Shown: positions 10,399 to 24,900, numbered from the stretch's first letter. The stretch is DNA of 64,000 nucleotides from Cycas panzhihuaensis (GCA_023213395.1 CM041465.1:137337741-137401740); one strand, 5' to 3'. Numbers and translations are program-made. The notes: generated by a model not told the origin, from the letters alone.

Positions 10399-13300
10399 TT
10401 AGTAGTCCACCCCATGGATGACCACGCTTCGAGAAGATGAGGGGAGAGGAGTAAAAGGAGGCGATGGGATCGACCCACCCCCACCATTAGATATACCTAA
10501 GGGATTTTTAGAAGAGTCAAGGGGTCCTCTTGTGAGAAACAATAAGAAGCTCCCTCGCTTCATCGCCTGAGAGGGCAACAAAGTAGAAGATAGAGTGATA
10601 TGGGGGATTGCATGATTGGTAGGAGCGATGATATGTGATCCAAGAGGAAAGTTGGTCTCGCTAATAGGAGAAAGTTCAAGTCTGGACCTAGAACGGATAG
10701 AGTGCCTCCTACTTGCATTTAGGAGGGATATGGGATGAGGAAGGTCCTCATCCTTGCCATTGGATTCGTTGTCACTAAGCACGGCGAGATACCCATAGCT
10801 CCCTACGCCAATAGAGACGAAGTAGATGAGATTTAAGGAAGAAGAGGAGGGACCTTCTCCCAAGTTAGATGAGCCAGGAATATCGATAGAGCAAGCGGAA
10901 CTGTGGGCAAATAGATCCTTATCGCCTTTTGCCTTATCGCAAGCTGCTTGACGAGGTTGGCGGGTTTGTTTGGTGGGAGGAGGCTCTCGAGAGATAACCT
11001 TAATTTGCCCTTCATGGATGAATTTAAGTCATCCCCAACGAGACGAGCACACAACTCCCATCTGGTTGAGCCATGGGTGTCCCAACAAAAGGTTGTAGTT
11101 GATGTCGACGTCGAGAACGACAATGTCAGTTAGGACTATTTTATCCTTGAGGGTGAGTGGAATGGACACTGATCCTAAGGGTGTCGTTTTGCTACCCTTG
11201 TAACCTTGACACTGCCATGGAACTGGCTCTAGAGCTAATATGCCAAGCTCTTGCATGACATGTAAGGGCATAACATTGATGGAAGAACCATTGTCCACAA
11301 CGGTTCTTCGAAGAGTGTAGTCGGGAGTATCAATAGTTATGGTGAAGGGATAGTGCCATTGGCATTCCCTTTCATCGGTTGGAGGAAGATCCTTGGGGTC
11401 GAAGGAGATGGCAGTTTCGTAGCTTAGAGCAGTGCCTAAAGTGTGAATGGACGCATCACCCAATCCCAAGGCTTCTAAGAGAACTTACACTGTTCAGGAC
11501 AGCTCCTCAAGACGTCCATTATGGACATCCCCGCGGCCATAGTGTGAAGCTCATCGACAACAAAGAAGCACTTCCCCTTCACCGTAGGTTGGGGAAGGGC
11601 CCTTCAAAAGTCGCAATGACCGAGGCACACAGGAATAGTCTTGGGGAGCACAGGGACTTCCAGAGGAGGGATTTTTAGAAGGGAATCAAGGTGAGGTATG
11701 GAGGAAGAGGCGTCGTTTGCCTCTTTAGCCACTTGAGACTAGGTTAAGGCGTATAATGGCGTGGTCTCAAGCATCGAAATGACTCTCTTTCCCTTGTCTC
11801 TGGATCGAGAGAATGAAGGAGTGTGACAATCAGAGGAACCATAAGGAGAGGATAAATCCCTTGTACCCTTCCCTTTGGCTTGCAAAGGGCGAGGGTTTGG
11901 GGACCTCCCTCTATTTTGGTTACCCTTTTGTTGGTTATTGCGATCACGTTCCCATGTTTAGGGAAAAGATCCTTATGGATGGACTGGTCTACGTTTGGCC
12001 TAAATGCCCGTTTGGGAGAAGAATCACGTTGCGGGGTGGCTCTAGGGTGCTGGGCCCGGCATTGTGAATCTTCATAGAAATACTCTCCATGGATGGAACA
12101 CAATTTCTTTTCTAAGGAGGAATCGAGCTTTCTCATTTGAAAAGATTAGGTGTTACCCTTGAGGGGAGCAGCTTGAGAGGCCTAGTGAACTGGTTTATGA
12201 GAGGTGGGGGATGAAGGGGCTTGGAGTTTAAGCTCCTTCATGGTACGTTCGAATGAGCGTATAGTGGAGGTGAGAGGATCCAAGGTCTTCTCTATTGGAT
12301 GGGAAGAAGACCTGGCTGGCTATTGGACTTTAGTCTCACAGAGTGGTGGAGGTGCCTCATGCCGTTGTGAGGGCTTGAGAGGCTTCTTGAGACCCGCTTG
12401 GATCTCAATAGCCTCGAGCGCCAAGCACTTGGCTATGGTGGAGTCGCACGTTATTGCCCCCATTTTAAGGACTTCAACGTAGACTTCTAGGCGAAGGGTG
12501 TTGATAAAGAGGTCTTGCTTCAGCTCCTTAGGTAAGGTTGCCTTGGTGGAGTGAAGCAGGTCATGGAAGCGTCTCACAAAGTCACGATTCATCTCATCAT
12601 GACCTTATTTAAGAGATAGAAGGGATTTCATTCGGCTCTGGAAAGGATGAGCTATATCAAAATAATTAATGAATTCATCCACGAGTTGTTGGAATGAAAA
12701 GATAGAATGTGTTGGCAGGTGATAGAACCACTTAAGGGCATTACCTTGAAGAGATTGTGGGAAGAGTTTCATAAGGATATGGTCATAAGCCCAATAATCG
12801 ATACATGCAATAGAAAAGCTATGGACATGCTCCGTTGGGTCTTGCGATGAGGTTCCATCAAATTTGAGAACCTTGAGAGGGTGAGGCAGTAAGTTGGTCC
12901 TTAGCACCTCAATAGATAGGGGTGTCGATCTATAGTCCATAAAGGGGCGTGCCCTTGATTGGACCATAGGATCGATGAGAGATGGAAGAGGAGGTAGACA
13001 AGGTTGCCCAAATCCTCCTTGGGGAATTTGATTCGAAAGGGGATATTGGCCTCCTCTGGTTTAATGAGAAGACACTAGTCCCACATTCGAAGGAATATAC
13101 ATAGGAGCAGATGGGGGTGAAGGACCCATCCCTCCTTGAGGAAATATCCCTTGTTGGAAAGGAGCCTGAGAGAAGGTACCTTGGGAGAGAACTTTCCCTC
13201 CTTGCAAAGGTGCAACATGAGGTGTAACATGGGAGGATGGAAAAGAGGGGTGTAGAATTGGGGTTTTTCCTATATGGGCTGCCTGTGGGTGGTGTGACTC

Positions 13301-13750
13301 TATATGGGTGCAAAGGGTCCACCCCATAAGCTGAAAGGGAGCTTCCCTTGCTGTGCTCCTACGGTTCAGAGATGTAACCTGGGGGCACGTAAAGGGAAGG
13401 ATCCCTAGGTTGAACTTGGGAGTATGTGGAGACGGCCCCCACATGGCTAGAAGTAGGGGTGCATGCAGGTCCCTTAGATCCAATAGGTGGCGAATATACT
13501 ATAGTCGGCAGAGGTGTAGTCGTTTGACTAGAAGGGGGCATGCTCAACCCAAGTTGGGAAGAGGATATGCCTTGGGTGGTCCTCAAGGATCATGGACTAT
13601 GAGGAGAGGAAGATGAGGCAAAAGATAAACCCATCGTAGGTAGAGGAGTTAAACAGGATGGACGAGGTAAGGCAGATGTAGAGGAAGGAGGCGCAACGCT
13701 TCGCAAGATGCTCTCAAACCACTTGGGATGTGGTTGGAGGCGAGGACCAA
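10399..13750 (-). mobile_element. Tat-like gag-protease fragment (element C, copy 1), disrupted
   Basis: Gag KFDGTSSQDPTEHV..LFPQSLQGNALKWFYHLP..SLKQ, a CSIH motif, protease RRTVVDNGSSINVMP and YNLLLGHPWL. It ends at VIHGVDY*. Confidence 0.9.
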
Positions 13751-13999
13751 CCACATAGTGTATATAATCACATCCATTCAATGGGATGGATGTGAGAACC
13801 AAGTTAGTGAATTCCAACGGTTCCTAATATGTCTTGTTGACGGTCGACCAAGATGGACCTTATATGATGTAATTTTAACTATTGTCTAATGAAATAAAAA
13901 GAGTTATGTGAATAATTGTGTGTACTTATTATGGAATGCACGTGAATTGTGGACTTATATGGATGATTAACTAAGGAATATGTATGTTGACCACACACG

Positions 14000-15320
14000 C
14001 ACACACCTAGACTATAGTGGAAAAGCCTTGACAAGTGAAGAAGCTGAGGGAAGTAGATTTCTTAGTCAAGGCTTATACTGAACATGTCTGTTGTAATTGA
14101 GTGAGATGAAGTGATCATATTCCAAGTGTTCTTATATTGCTCTATGAGGTTTGTTTTTAGGGAATGTTAATTGTTGCCCATTGCCTTCTTGCATGTTCTT
14201 TTCTACCAATGGAACCATTGAAGTTCCTTATCACATAAAGGGAGAGATGCTATTAAGACTTGCTCTTGATCGTGTAGGGTGTATGCTGAGTAGATTTCCA
14301 CCTAGAGTATCCAACTGTGAATATCTCTTGATTTGTTAGGACCATTTAAGAAAAAAAAAAAATTGTCCCTTTGATGCCATTTTTTGGTTCAAAATCCCTT
14401 TGATTTCTTTGCTAGTGGTCCCTTTGGTTCTTTTGTTCATAGAATTCTTCTTCAAACTCCCAACAATCTTTGTGTTTCTGAGATTTATCTTGTCTTCAAG
14501 TTTCTCCTTCTTCTTTAATCTTGTCCAACCTCTTGAGTATGCTGTTCAGTGAATTCTTGAGGTCATTTAGGGTTCCTTCTAAATGTGTGTCCATGCTTTA
14601 TATCTTATCATTCAGTTGGTTGACCCTTTTATCTATGTCTCCTATTGTTACTAACAGGGTATTCACCATCTTGTTTTGTTAAAGAGTCCTTCCTGACCTT
14701 AGTTCCATTTGAAAGGAAGTTGGGTAAGGAAAGAAAGGGAGGATAGCATTTCCTTATTTTCACTTTGACTTCCTTTGTTATAATAAAGTTGAATCTCCTT
14801 CAGAATGGCTTCTAACAAACCTCTAATACCGCTTGTAGCAATGCCATAAACCAAATTTATCGAAAACTAGGAAAATAGTGTGTAATATACATAAAGAATG
14901 CAAGCCATCTAATATTTGATATCACAAGAGAGTACTTAACCAGAATAGATAAATTAAGCTTTTAATATCAATTTCGAATATAATAAATGCTATGTACAAC
15001 TTACAGAAAAAATCACCAGATTCTATCTTTCTCTTCAAGGCAAGGTTCCCTCCCAAATTGTAGCCCTAAAGGCCAAAAATACAGCAACCACTATTGACTT
15101 TGGATGCCCTAGGAAGAGGCCCAAGATCCTTATAAATAGGCGGCACAAATGGCGCTAAGTAACTCGACCAAAAGGAGGATGGAAGTAAGCTAGAATAATC
15201 ATTCAAAGTTGGTTAGAATACATTTTGAAGTTGGCCAGAAATTAAGGTAATTCCTACTCACTTTAAGTCGGACAAACAACTCTTTAGAAGTTGACTAGAT
15301 AGGAGGAAAGGAATGCTACA
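14000..15320 (-). mobile_element. Gypsy element D 5' end: LTR 14834-15320, Met-type PBS, decayed gag
   Basis: TGTAGCA...TGCTACA termini. Minus strand GCGGTATTAGAG is a decayed TGGTATCAGAG. Gag starts MELRSGR at 14708 and includes DQEQVLIASL..WFHW. Confidence 0.75.
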
Positions 15321-15329
15321 TAGGTCTTC

Positions 15330-18300
15330 ATTATATCCATAGCCTCTCATCATTCGCTAATGAGCTTATATAGAGTGAAACATGTTCTAATTACACAATA
15401 TACAATTTGAGTTGTTAATGGAAGACTCTTTTGCTATGTTCTATTAAATCTCTCGTGTGCTTTATTGCATCTACTGTTTGCTCACTTTATTAAATATTTT
15501 GCTTGCACTTTTCCTCTAAGTAATATATATTGCTCATTATATTTTCCTCTCCTAAACAAGATGTTCTATTTGAGTCTAAGCTATCATAAACCAACACAAC
15601 AAGATCTTTCAAGACATTCCAAAAGGGCAATAGAGTTAATGAGCATGCAATCTGATTAATACTAGGAGTTGCACTAGTCAACATCGACCTTCTGAGACAC
15701 CCACACCACTTCAAGAAGGAAATACAACAAATCGCCAAGAATTTGTTACAACAAGGAGCTATTGTGGCCAATTCCAGTCCTTTTCTATCACCAGTTATTT
15801 TGATCAAAAAGAAGGATGGGTCGCATCGGATGTGTGCTCATTATCTTGCTCTCAACAAGTTAACAATCAAGAATAGGTGTCCAATGCTATGGATTGACGT
15901 TTTGTGAGATGAACTACATGGTGCTAAGAACATCTCTAGGATTGATCTTACTTCAAAGACATGCATAAAACAACTTTATAGACACATCAAGGCTTATTTG
16001 AGTTTTGGGTGATACCATTTGGGCTGGTTAATGAATCAATAACATTCCAATGCACCATGAACATGGTGGTTAAACCATTTATCAAGAAACTTGCCCTACT
16101 ATTCTTCAATGACATTTTGATTTATAGCCAAACATTAGACAAATACTTGGAGCATTTGTAGGAAGTTTTGCAAGTCTTGGAAGAAAACCAATTCTTCACA
16201 AATAAATCCAAATCCACCTTTGGACAAATAGAACTAGAATATTTGGGGCATATCATCACCCAAGGCAGTAAAGAAGGATCCTAAAAAAAGTCCAAGCCAT
16301 CGTGAATTTGCCCACGTCAAATATTATCGCAAGTGCCAGATATTTTTTGGGGGCAGTTGGATTTTTGTGACACTTCATAAAAGGATATGCAATCATAATA
16401 GCACCATTAATGAGTCTCACAAAGAAGGGAGCTTTCATATGGCACCAACCAGTAGAACAAGCTTTCCAAGGATTGAAGAATGCCATGCTCACTACCCTGT
16501 TTTAGCTACACAAGACATAAGAGAACCGTTTGTTTTGGAATGTGATGCTTAAGGAGTTGGATTAGAAGCAATTTTGCTTTAGAACAAGCAACCCATAGCT
16601 TACGAAAGTCAGAGACTAAATTCAAGAAAACAACTAAAACATATTTACAACAAGGAAATGCTTACAATTATGCATGCCATCCACCAATGGCAACAATACT
16701 TAGTAAGGAGCAAATTCTTCATCAAGACTAATCATGACAGACTTAAGTATTTCTTGAATCAAAGGGTTTTATCAAACAAGTAACAAAAATGGGTAAGCAA
16801 ATTGGAAGTTTTCGACTTTGGTATCATCTACAAGAAAGGGAAAGAGAATGTGGTGGTAGATCCATTAACTAGGAATCCAAAGCAACCCACCCTTTGGGCA
16901 ATTTCAATGGCCACACATAGTTGAAAACATGAGTTGGTACAAGAATACGAGAAAGATCGAGGGCACAACATATACTCTAAAAAATCCAGGCAAGAACACA
17001 AACGAAATCTGATTATGGGTGATTTAATTTTGCATAGGGAAGAGCTTTGTCCCTCATACACCAACACTCGAGGAGAAGTTCATCCAAGAAGTTCATGTGA
17101 CACCATTATTAGGACATAGGGATCGACAAAATCTATTTCCAAGTCCATAATATATTTTTCTTGAAAAGTTTGAAAGTAGATGTCTACAAGTTTGTATTAG
17201 AATGCGACACTTGTCAAAGAACAATAGGGAAAATATTAGAATTCTAAGATCACTTTACAGTTATATATACTAGAACAAAAATGGGAGGAAATATCAATGG
17301 ATTTTATAAGAAGTCTATTGAGATAAGGAAGTAAGGACTTGTTATTTATAGTAGTGGATCAATTAGCTAAGTATACACACTTTAGAGGTACTCAGTCCAT
17401 AGTTAAGGCTAGTCAGATTGTCAATCTATTTATTAAAGAATTTTGCGGACTACAGGGTTTTCCTAAAGTGATAGTAAGTGATCTAATCTAAAATTCATGA
17501 ACAACTTTTGACATGAGATGTTCCACCAAGGAGGTACTAAGCTCACAATGAGCATAGCCTATCATCCACAAATAGAATCAGTGAATAAATGTTTGGAAGG
17601 CTATCTTCAGAACTTTTCACCTAATAAGCAACAACATTAGCATAAGTGGTTATATCCAAGCGAATGGTGGTACAATACCACCTATCACACCTTGGTCAAG
17701 ATGACTCTTTTAGGCATTATATGGTTATGAACCCCTATCTCTCCTCCCATGGGCCAATAACTCCTTGTACTTATTGTATAGGACCAACAACAATAGTTGG
17801 CTTAGATAGTACAAATTTTGAAGGACTATTTCAACTTAGCAAGGAACCATATGCAATAAAAAGTTGATTTGCATAGATTAGAAAGGTTGTTTGACAAAGG
17901 AGGTGGTTTTTTTTTAATGCTTCAACTATATAAACAATTTACGCTAAAGCAGGCAAGGAGGTTTAAATTGTGGCCACAATTTTATGGGCCTTATTAGATC
18001 TTGGAGAACGTACAAGAGGTAGCCTACCAACTTGATCTACTACTTAACAACAAAGTGCACAATGTATTGCACGTCTCTTGTGACAATACTTCCCATGATA
18101 ATCAAGACAATACTTCCCATATTAGACGAAGAAGGATAGTTTACTATAGAACCTGAAGCCATTATCCATATTCAAACTAAGCAGCTTTGCTCTAAGAAGA
18201 TTTGTGAGTATTTGATCAGGTGGAGAGGCCTCAACAAGGAAGATGCCATGGGAATCGAGCATGGTGCCAACAACATTCTCACATTTCCATGTTTTGAAGG

Positions 18301-18906
18301 CAAAACATGTTTTCAACAGGGAGAACTTGTAGCATTTCTTTTGAATGCATAACTAGGCTCTACTCTTAATATTTTGTTCTTTATTTTCTCTCTTAATTTT
18401 GGTTGGATGCCTTTCTCAAAACCAACTTCTATTTTTAAATTTTACTTCACCTTTATATGGGGCATCCTATCCCTATTGTAAGGCATCATTAGAAGATTAT
18501 CCAATTTGCTATTTTAGCCCTACACAGGATTTGTTTTGGGAGGACACCCCATGTTAAAAGGGGATGTATTGTGGTGTTCAATAATTGTAAGTTTTGGACA
18601 TTTTATAAATAATATTGAACTGTTATTATTGTCTTTGTGATTAGTATTTTTAATTAATCTTTGAGATTTGGTTATTTTACTTTAGCAATTGTCATCATAT
18701 CACATGGTATATTTGGATTTGCTTTGCTAAATAGCATAGATCTGTGTGTTTTCAATTGTTTTTCATATGAATGCCCACTATGATTCCTATAGATTGCCTT
18801 TGTGTTAAAGAGTTTGCCTTAATCATATGAGAAGTTTGTCATAGTTTGACAATAGTTGAGAAACTCGCACAATCACTTTTAATGAACTTGAGGGTTTGCT
18901 ATTACA
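15330..18906 (+). mobile_element. Chromovirus-type gypsy element E: decayed RT-RH-IN-chromodomain, PPT, 3' LTR 18328-18906
   Basis: SPFLSPVILIKKKDGSHRMC, FFNDILIYS, VLECDA, MDFI, AYHPQ, FYGPY and EYLIRWRGLNKEDA; AGGGAGAA, then TGTAGC...TTACA. Confidence 0.9.
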
Positions 18907-21900
18907 ACAAGAGTAGTTGTTGAAAGAAAGTAATAAAGGCAAAACATTTGGTGCATATGCAATAAAGTACAAAGGGCATAAGCTCTTTATTTAGAAGAAG
19001 AATGTTGCTCCCAAGGAACATAATGCTTAGAAGAAGGGTCTTAAGTTCTTTAAAGGGCTAGGTAAATCAAGAGTATGTTATTACTATGATAGACCTAGGC
19101 ACTTTAAAAAGGCATAGAAAGTTGTAATATGATTAATAGAAATAGTATGATTAGTTGAAATAGCAAAAGAAACAACGATTTGGTTCTTTTTTTGGTCATT
19201 CTTCAAGTAAGGATGAAAAGGAATGACTCTTCATACCAATTTAATAGTTGAGGTATAATTTTGATGAAGCTTGTTATATTGATTCAAGTGTTGCTAGACA
19301 CATGGCATACAAGTTAGAATGGTTTAGACATGTGTGGGAGGCTAAAAGTCAATTTGTTATACTTGGTGACGACTCCATACTACAAGCTGAAGGAATTGGC
19401 TTGGTCTTTATAATTACACCAAGTGGTGAGAGTACTTACATCAATGACATTTTGTGTGTACCTAGACTAATGAAGGATATGATCTTTATTAGTCAAATTA
19501 AGAAAAATAACATGAGTGTTCATTTTGAACATGGCAAATATATAATCAAAGATAGTAATGGAAAAGTCGTAGCAATAGGTATAGAAGAAGATGGCCTTTA
19601 TAAGTCGAAAGGCAGAAATGTAAATCAAAGAGCATTTACTACTAATATAACTCAGAAGAATCATTCACGGCTTGGATGCATGGGACATTTGAATTAGTCT
19701 TGTATTTGGTTGATGCTTAAATTGAATATGGTACATGGCTTACCAAGACTTGAAATAGAAAATTATCTATGTGAACCATGTATAATGATCAAGGAACATC
19801 AAGAGAAATTTGAAAGAGGTAAAGCCTTAAGAGCAAAGAAATTGGACTTATGTCCACTATGATATTGTTATTTATTAGATTGGTTAAGTGTTAACCACAT
19901 ACTTACATTAATGTAAATGTGGTTAATTAGTGAGTTGATTAGTTGAATGGCCACGATTAACGAAGAGTTGCATCTCTTTAGATGGACGTACCATACAAGT
20001 TTGTATATATATACCAACCCTTAGATTGGATGTATCATCTCATTATAGTGCAATCAACGTAATGATTGATTTGGCTTAGTGGGCTTTTTCACGAAGCGGT
20101 TTTCAACATAAATCTAGTGTACTATTCTTTGTTGTTTGATGCTTGTTATGTATGTTGAAGATTTGGATGTATGTTGTGCATGTTAAACCATTCACAATCT
20201 TAACATGGTATCAGAGCAAGCATCAAACAATAAAGAATAGTACAAGATATACCTAGGAAAACTCTTTTGGAAAATCGCCTTCGCTTGGAGATTTCTAATT
20301 GAAGCCTAATTCCTTACATTTCCATTAAAGGGGATGCTAGAGTGGTTAAGTGTTAACCATATAGTTAATTAATGTAAATGTGGTTAATGAATGAGTTGAT
20401 TAGTTGAATAGCCATGATTAACAAAGAGTCACATTTCTTTATATGGATGTACCATATGGGTTTATATATATTCCAAGCCCTAGGTTGGACTGTAATGAAT
20501 GTAATGATTGATTTGGCCTGGTGGGTTTCTTTCTCAAGAGGGTTTTTCTACATATATTCAGTGTATCATTCTTTGTTATTTGATGCTTGTTGTGTATGCT
20601 AAAGATCTGGATGTATGTTGTGCATGTTAAACCATTTACAATCTTGGCATGAACTAATACTAACAAGATCACTTGGAGGTGCAAAATAACTTTTACCTTG
20701 ATGCTTTCTCGAGGAAAGCATGGGTTTATTCCATAATGAGAAGTCACATGCCTTTGATATTTTCAAAGAATTTAAAGAGAAGGCTAAAAATAAAAGTGCA
20801 CAGGTTGAAAATCCTCAGATCTAATAATAGTGGTGAATACACCTCCAAAGAATTTGATCAATGTTGTAAGAATCATGGAATCAAAAAGTAGTTCACAACT
20901 ATATATACACCATAGTAAAATAAAATAGCGGAAGGATGAATATGACTCTTATTGAAAATGCCAAGTTAATATTGAATGCCAAGAGTTTACTAGATTCGAC
21001 AAGAGCTATGATGCAACAATTTACTTGATGAACAAGAGTCCTATAAAGGTTGTTAGGAATGTGATGCTTGAGGAGGCTTGGATAGACAGAAAGCCTACAA
21101 TGAGCCCTCATAGAATCTTTGAGTGTATAGGATGCATACACATTCCAAAGGAGAAACAATAAAAATTTGATTAAGAAAATTTAAATTGCATTTTCGTTTG
21201 GTATAATGAGATGGGAAAAACTTATTGAGTGTACAGGTGAAAAATCAAAATGGTGCACACAACTTGTGGCGCCATATTTGAAGAAAGTGACAAGGAGAAA
21301 ACCCTAGGTTCATTGCAATTTAGGCAGGAGAAAGGAAAACAAATCAAGAAACAACTATAATTAAGTTTTTTGAGAGAATTTGTCATGTAGGAATCATAAT
21401 CAATCAATGCATTAGTTGATACTATTGATGAAGAGGAGGGATTTGAGGATGTTAAATCTGAAATCATTTTGCCATCAAAGAGGTTGCTCAAATGGTATCT
21501 AAAAATAATTGTTGATGCATAGTCACTTGAGACACAAGGTAAGCAAAAATCCAAGATGAGACCTATATAAGGGTCAATTATGCTCTTATGACATAGGTGC
21601 TTAATGCAAAAAAGGCTTCCACTTTTAAGGGGGCAAATTCAGAGAAAAAGTGGAAAGACGTTATAAATGTTGAAATCTGAGCAGTGAGCAAGAATAAAAC
21701 TTGGGATTTAGTATAATTTCTCAAAGGGAAATGTGCAATTGGATGTAGACGAGTTTATATGACCAAATTCATATAAAATGGCTCGATTGAAATATACAAC
21801 TAGATTAGTGGCTAAAGGCTTCAAGTAGAAAGGAGGAGTTGATGATCAGGAGACGTTTGCTCTAGTAGTAAAAATGATGATTATAAGGATCATACTTGCT

Positions 21901-23457
21901 TTCACTTCCTAATTTAAATGGAAATTACACTAGTTTGATATGAACAGTATTCTCCTTAATGGAGATTTGAAAGAAGAGGTCTATATGGAGTAGCCACTTG
22001 GATATGCAAAGGAGGGTAAGGGTTATTTGGTATGTTCCCTCTAAAAAAGGCTTTGTATGGCTTAAAGTAGCTTATTAAAGCCTGGTATTTTTAAAATTGA
22101 TGATTGTTTTCATAAGAATGGATTTAAAAATTCGTTAGTTGATTCAAACTTGTATATAAAGGTTCATGATGGAAGATTTGTGACCTCCATGCTCTTGTAT
22201 GCTGGTGATTTAGTCATAACAAGCAATGATACCTCAATTGTAAAAGACTTAAAAGAAGATTTGAAGAACACTTTTAAAATGATTGATCTTCGACTACTCC
22301 ATTATTTCTTCAAATTAGAAGTTTGGTAAAGACCTAGTAGGATATCCATTTTACGTACTAAATACACATGGAAAATTTCAGAAAAATTCAGAATGGAGGA
22401 CTACAAGCCTTCGTTGATCCTAATGGAAGCATGGACAAAGTTATTAGCTTAAGATGAAGGGAAGTAGGTATATGGCAATTTGTACAGACAAAAAGTTAAA
22501 AGTTACATTTATTTGATTACAACTAAACCTAATATTATTTATGCAATAGGCATGGGATCCAAGTTCATGATAGAACTAAAGCAAAGCCATTAGAAAATTG
22601 GAAGGAGGATTTTGAGATACTTGTAGGAAACACTATAGTATGGACTTGAGTTTACCCACAACAATAATTTTGTCTTGGAGGGTCTTTTTTATTTAGATTA
22701 GGTTGGATGCATTGACAGTAGAAGGTTCATTTTTAGATACTATTTTAGTTTTAGATTAGTTATTGTAACTTGGAGCAACAAAAAACAACCCAATGATGTC
22801 ATTTCTTTTACTAAAGCACAGCATAACACTGTAGTTGTAGCATGCAAAGCCATCTAGTTAAAATTGTTTCTTGGTGATTTAGGTTTTTATTAGAAAGGCA
22901 TTACAAAGTTGGACCGTTATAATTCAAGTACATTGAAGATAGCCAAGAATCTAGTGTTTTATGCATGAAATATATTGAGGTGCGTTATCATTTTATTAGA
23001 GAGAAGACTCAAAATGGGGAGATTGAGTTGATTTACAAGCCTATTAATGAAAAGTTGGCACACATCTTCACCAAATTGTTGGCGCAAGACAAACTTGAGA
23101 AGTTTAGAGATGGTATTAATGTTAAAGCCAATGAAATAAACATTAAGGGGAGTGCTAGAATTAATGTTCGCTTGGGTTATAATTTAATGTTGTGAGTCCT
23201 AGTGGTTAAGCGAGTCCTTGATGGGTTAGTTTGAACCATGTGTTATTGAGAGTTACCAAAGTCTTTAGTGGGCGCATGACATGAGTTAGGATAATTACCA
23301 CTCTAATGGATAGTTATTTGGCCAACACTTGTATTTATATCTATATCATACTTTGTATCTCACAATTCAATATTAATAGAAAATATTTGAAGATAGACTA
23401 ATTTTACTATAAAATCTTTGTTTGTTGTTCTATTATTAACTCATTTTTTTTCTTACA
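18907..23457 (+). mobile_element. Decayed Ty1/copia element F (gag zinc knuckle, PR, IN, RT, RH, PPT, 3' LTR 23153-23457)
   Basis: CYYYDRPRHFKK, YIDSSVARHM, ILRSNNSGEYTSKEF, RLVAKGF, FLNGDLKEEVYM and KYIEVRYHFIREK..AHIFTK; AAGGGGAG, then TG...CA. Confidence 0.9.
19873..20649 (+). mobile_element. TRIM (terminal-repeat retrotransposon in miniature) inserted in the copia F integrase
   Basis: LTRs at 19873-20205 and 20335-20649, perfect PBS TGGTATCAGAGC at 20206-20217, ~110-bp non-coding interior, PPT AAAGGGGA. No clear TSD. Confidence 0.88.
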
Positions 23458-24149
23458 TAGATAATACTTGGTGGGAGTGAGAGTAGACAAACTCAATATT
23501 CTAGGTTATAGCTTATCTTCAGGGTAAATTTTGATGTAAAAAGTTAAATACTATAATCTAAAGCATAGTATCCTAACACTAGTTTGACAAAATGACAAAA
23601 TATAGTTGCCAATTTAAAAATCAAATTAGTAATTAGATTAAACTTACGGCTAAAAGGAGGTTATTGATAAATTACAACTAATTGCTAGGAAGGGTTTAAT
23701 AAACTAGGTTTAGGTTAATGAGACATGGAAGTTTGGCTGAATGCTTGAATGTTATGTAATGTTTGAATGCTCACATGTTATGAAAAAAGGAAGAAAGAAT
23801 AAAATTTTAAGTCAAAGAATATTTCTAATAAAAAAATTTCTCTAGTATATTTTAAAACATAAATTTTATAATATTTATGTGAAAATATTTTTTATTATTA
23901 TATTTTAGACTAGGTCGGGTGTTGGGGCACATCACTTAGTACTATATTTTGATGTAAAAAATGTTCCAAGTTGGACTCCTAAGAGATTTATAGGGGTGAA
24001 CGGGATGAAAAGGTGACAAATTCCAACCAACTAGAAACTGATTCTCTCTTCAAAACTCAACATCTTTAAAGAAAAAATAAATAAATAAATTTAATATTTA
24101 ATTTATAACTTCACAAGAAATATAAATATAAGCATACTAGGGAAAATCA

Positions 24150-24900
24150 AGTTGATCTATGTTAGTGATCGGTGAGCATTTTTGCATATCAATTTGGCAA
24201 GGCTCCTTCGAGTGTCGCGTGTTTTTGTTTTCGTGCGAAGATGAATGGGCATGATAGGGATCAACCACATGCGGTACCATGTATTTACATTCTTCCTTGA
24301 TAGTGAATTGAATTTGCTATTAACTATGCCTATATTATATTTCTTGTGTTCGTTGCCTGAGAACGAATACAAGGTAGAATGGGATGAAGCAAGGTCTTAG
24401 ATGTGAATGCAAGAAGAGGGAAATGCACTCTAGAGTGCAAACGTGATTTTGCTGCTGGGAATCTCACACCTACAAGCAAACGGAGGCCACCTGCTCTTGG
24501 GTTTCTGAATACTAACGATTGGAACGGATGCAGGGAAAGCAGTTAGGTCAAAATCTGAGTAGAGGCCAAGGATTTTAAGGATGAGGGATCTAGAGGAGTG
24601 TTGAGTTTGTAAGGAAAAAAAGATAAAAAAGACTGGAAGAAAATTGGATGATTTATCTCAGGCGATCTGGAAAGAATTGGCTCGATACCAATTGTAGGGG
24701 TCCTGCCACTCCGGCATAGCAGGGACCATGTTCTAGCAAAATTGGCTCCAAATGGAGATACCTGAAGGTAGAATAATACAGCAACAAATATTTGATGCCC
24801 ATTCCCTAAGGCTGCAACCCTTATAAGTAGACACACGCTAACACCCACATGGTGTGGTTGGCTTCCTAGCCATCTTAGGCCACTATAGGGTTAGTAAAAT
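24150..24900 (-). mobile_element. LTR end, Met-type PBS and leader of another LTR element
   Basis: Minus strand CCCCTACA-AT-TGGTATCGAGCC at 24700-24679. Outer boundaries are unclear. Confidence 0.5.

Larger units (their letters stand above)
7557..13915 (+). repeat. Copy 1 of a >=6.3-kb direct duplication (copy 2 at 57685-64000)
   Basis: Collinear, near-identical sequence across several unrelated TE junctions, offset about 50.1 kb. Confidence 0.97.
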
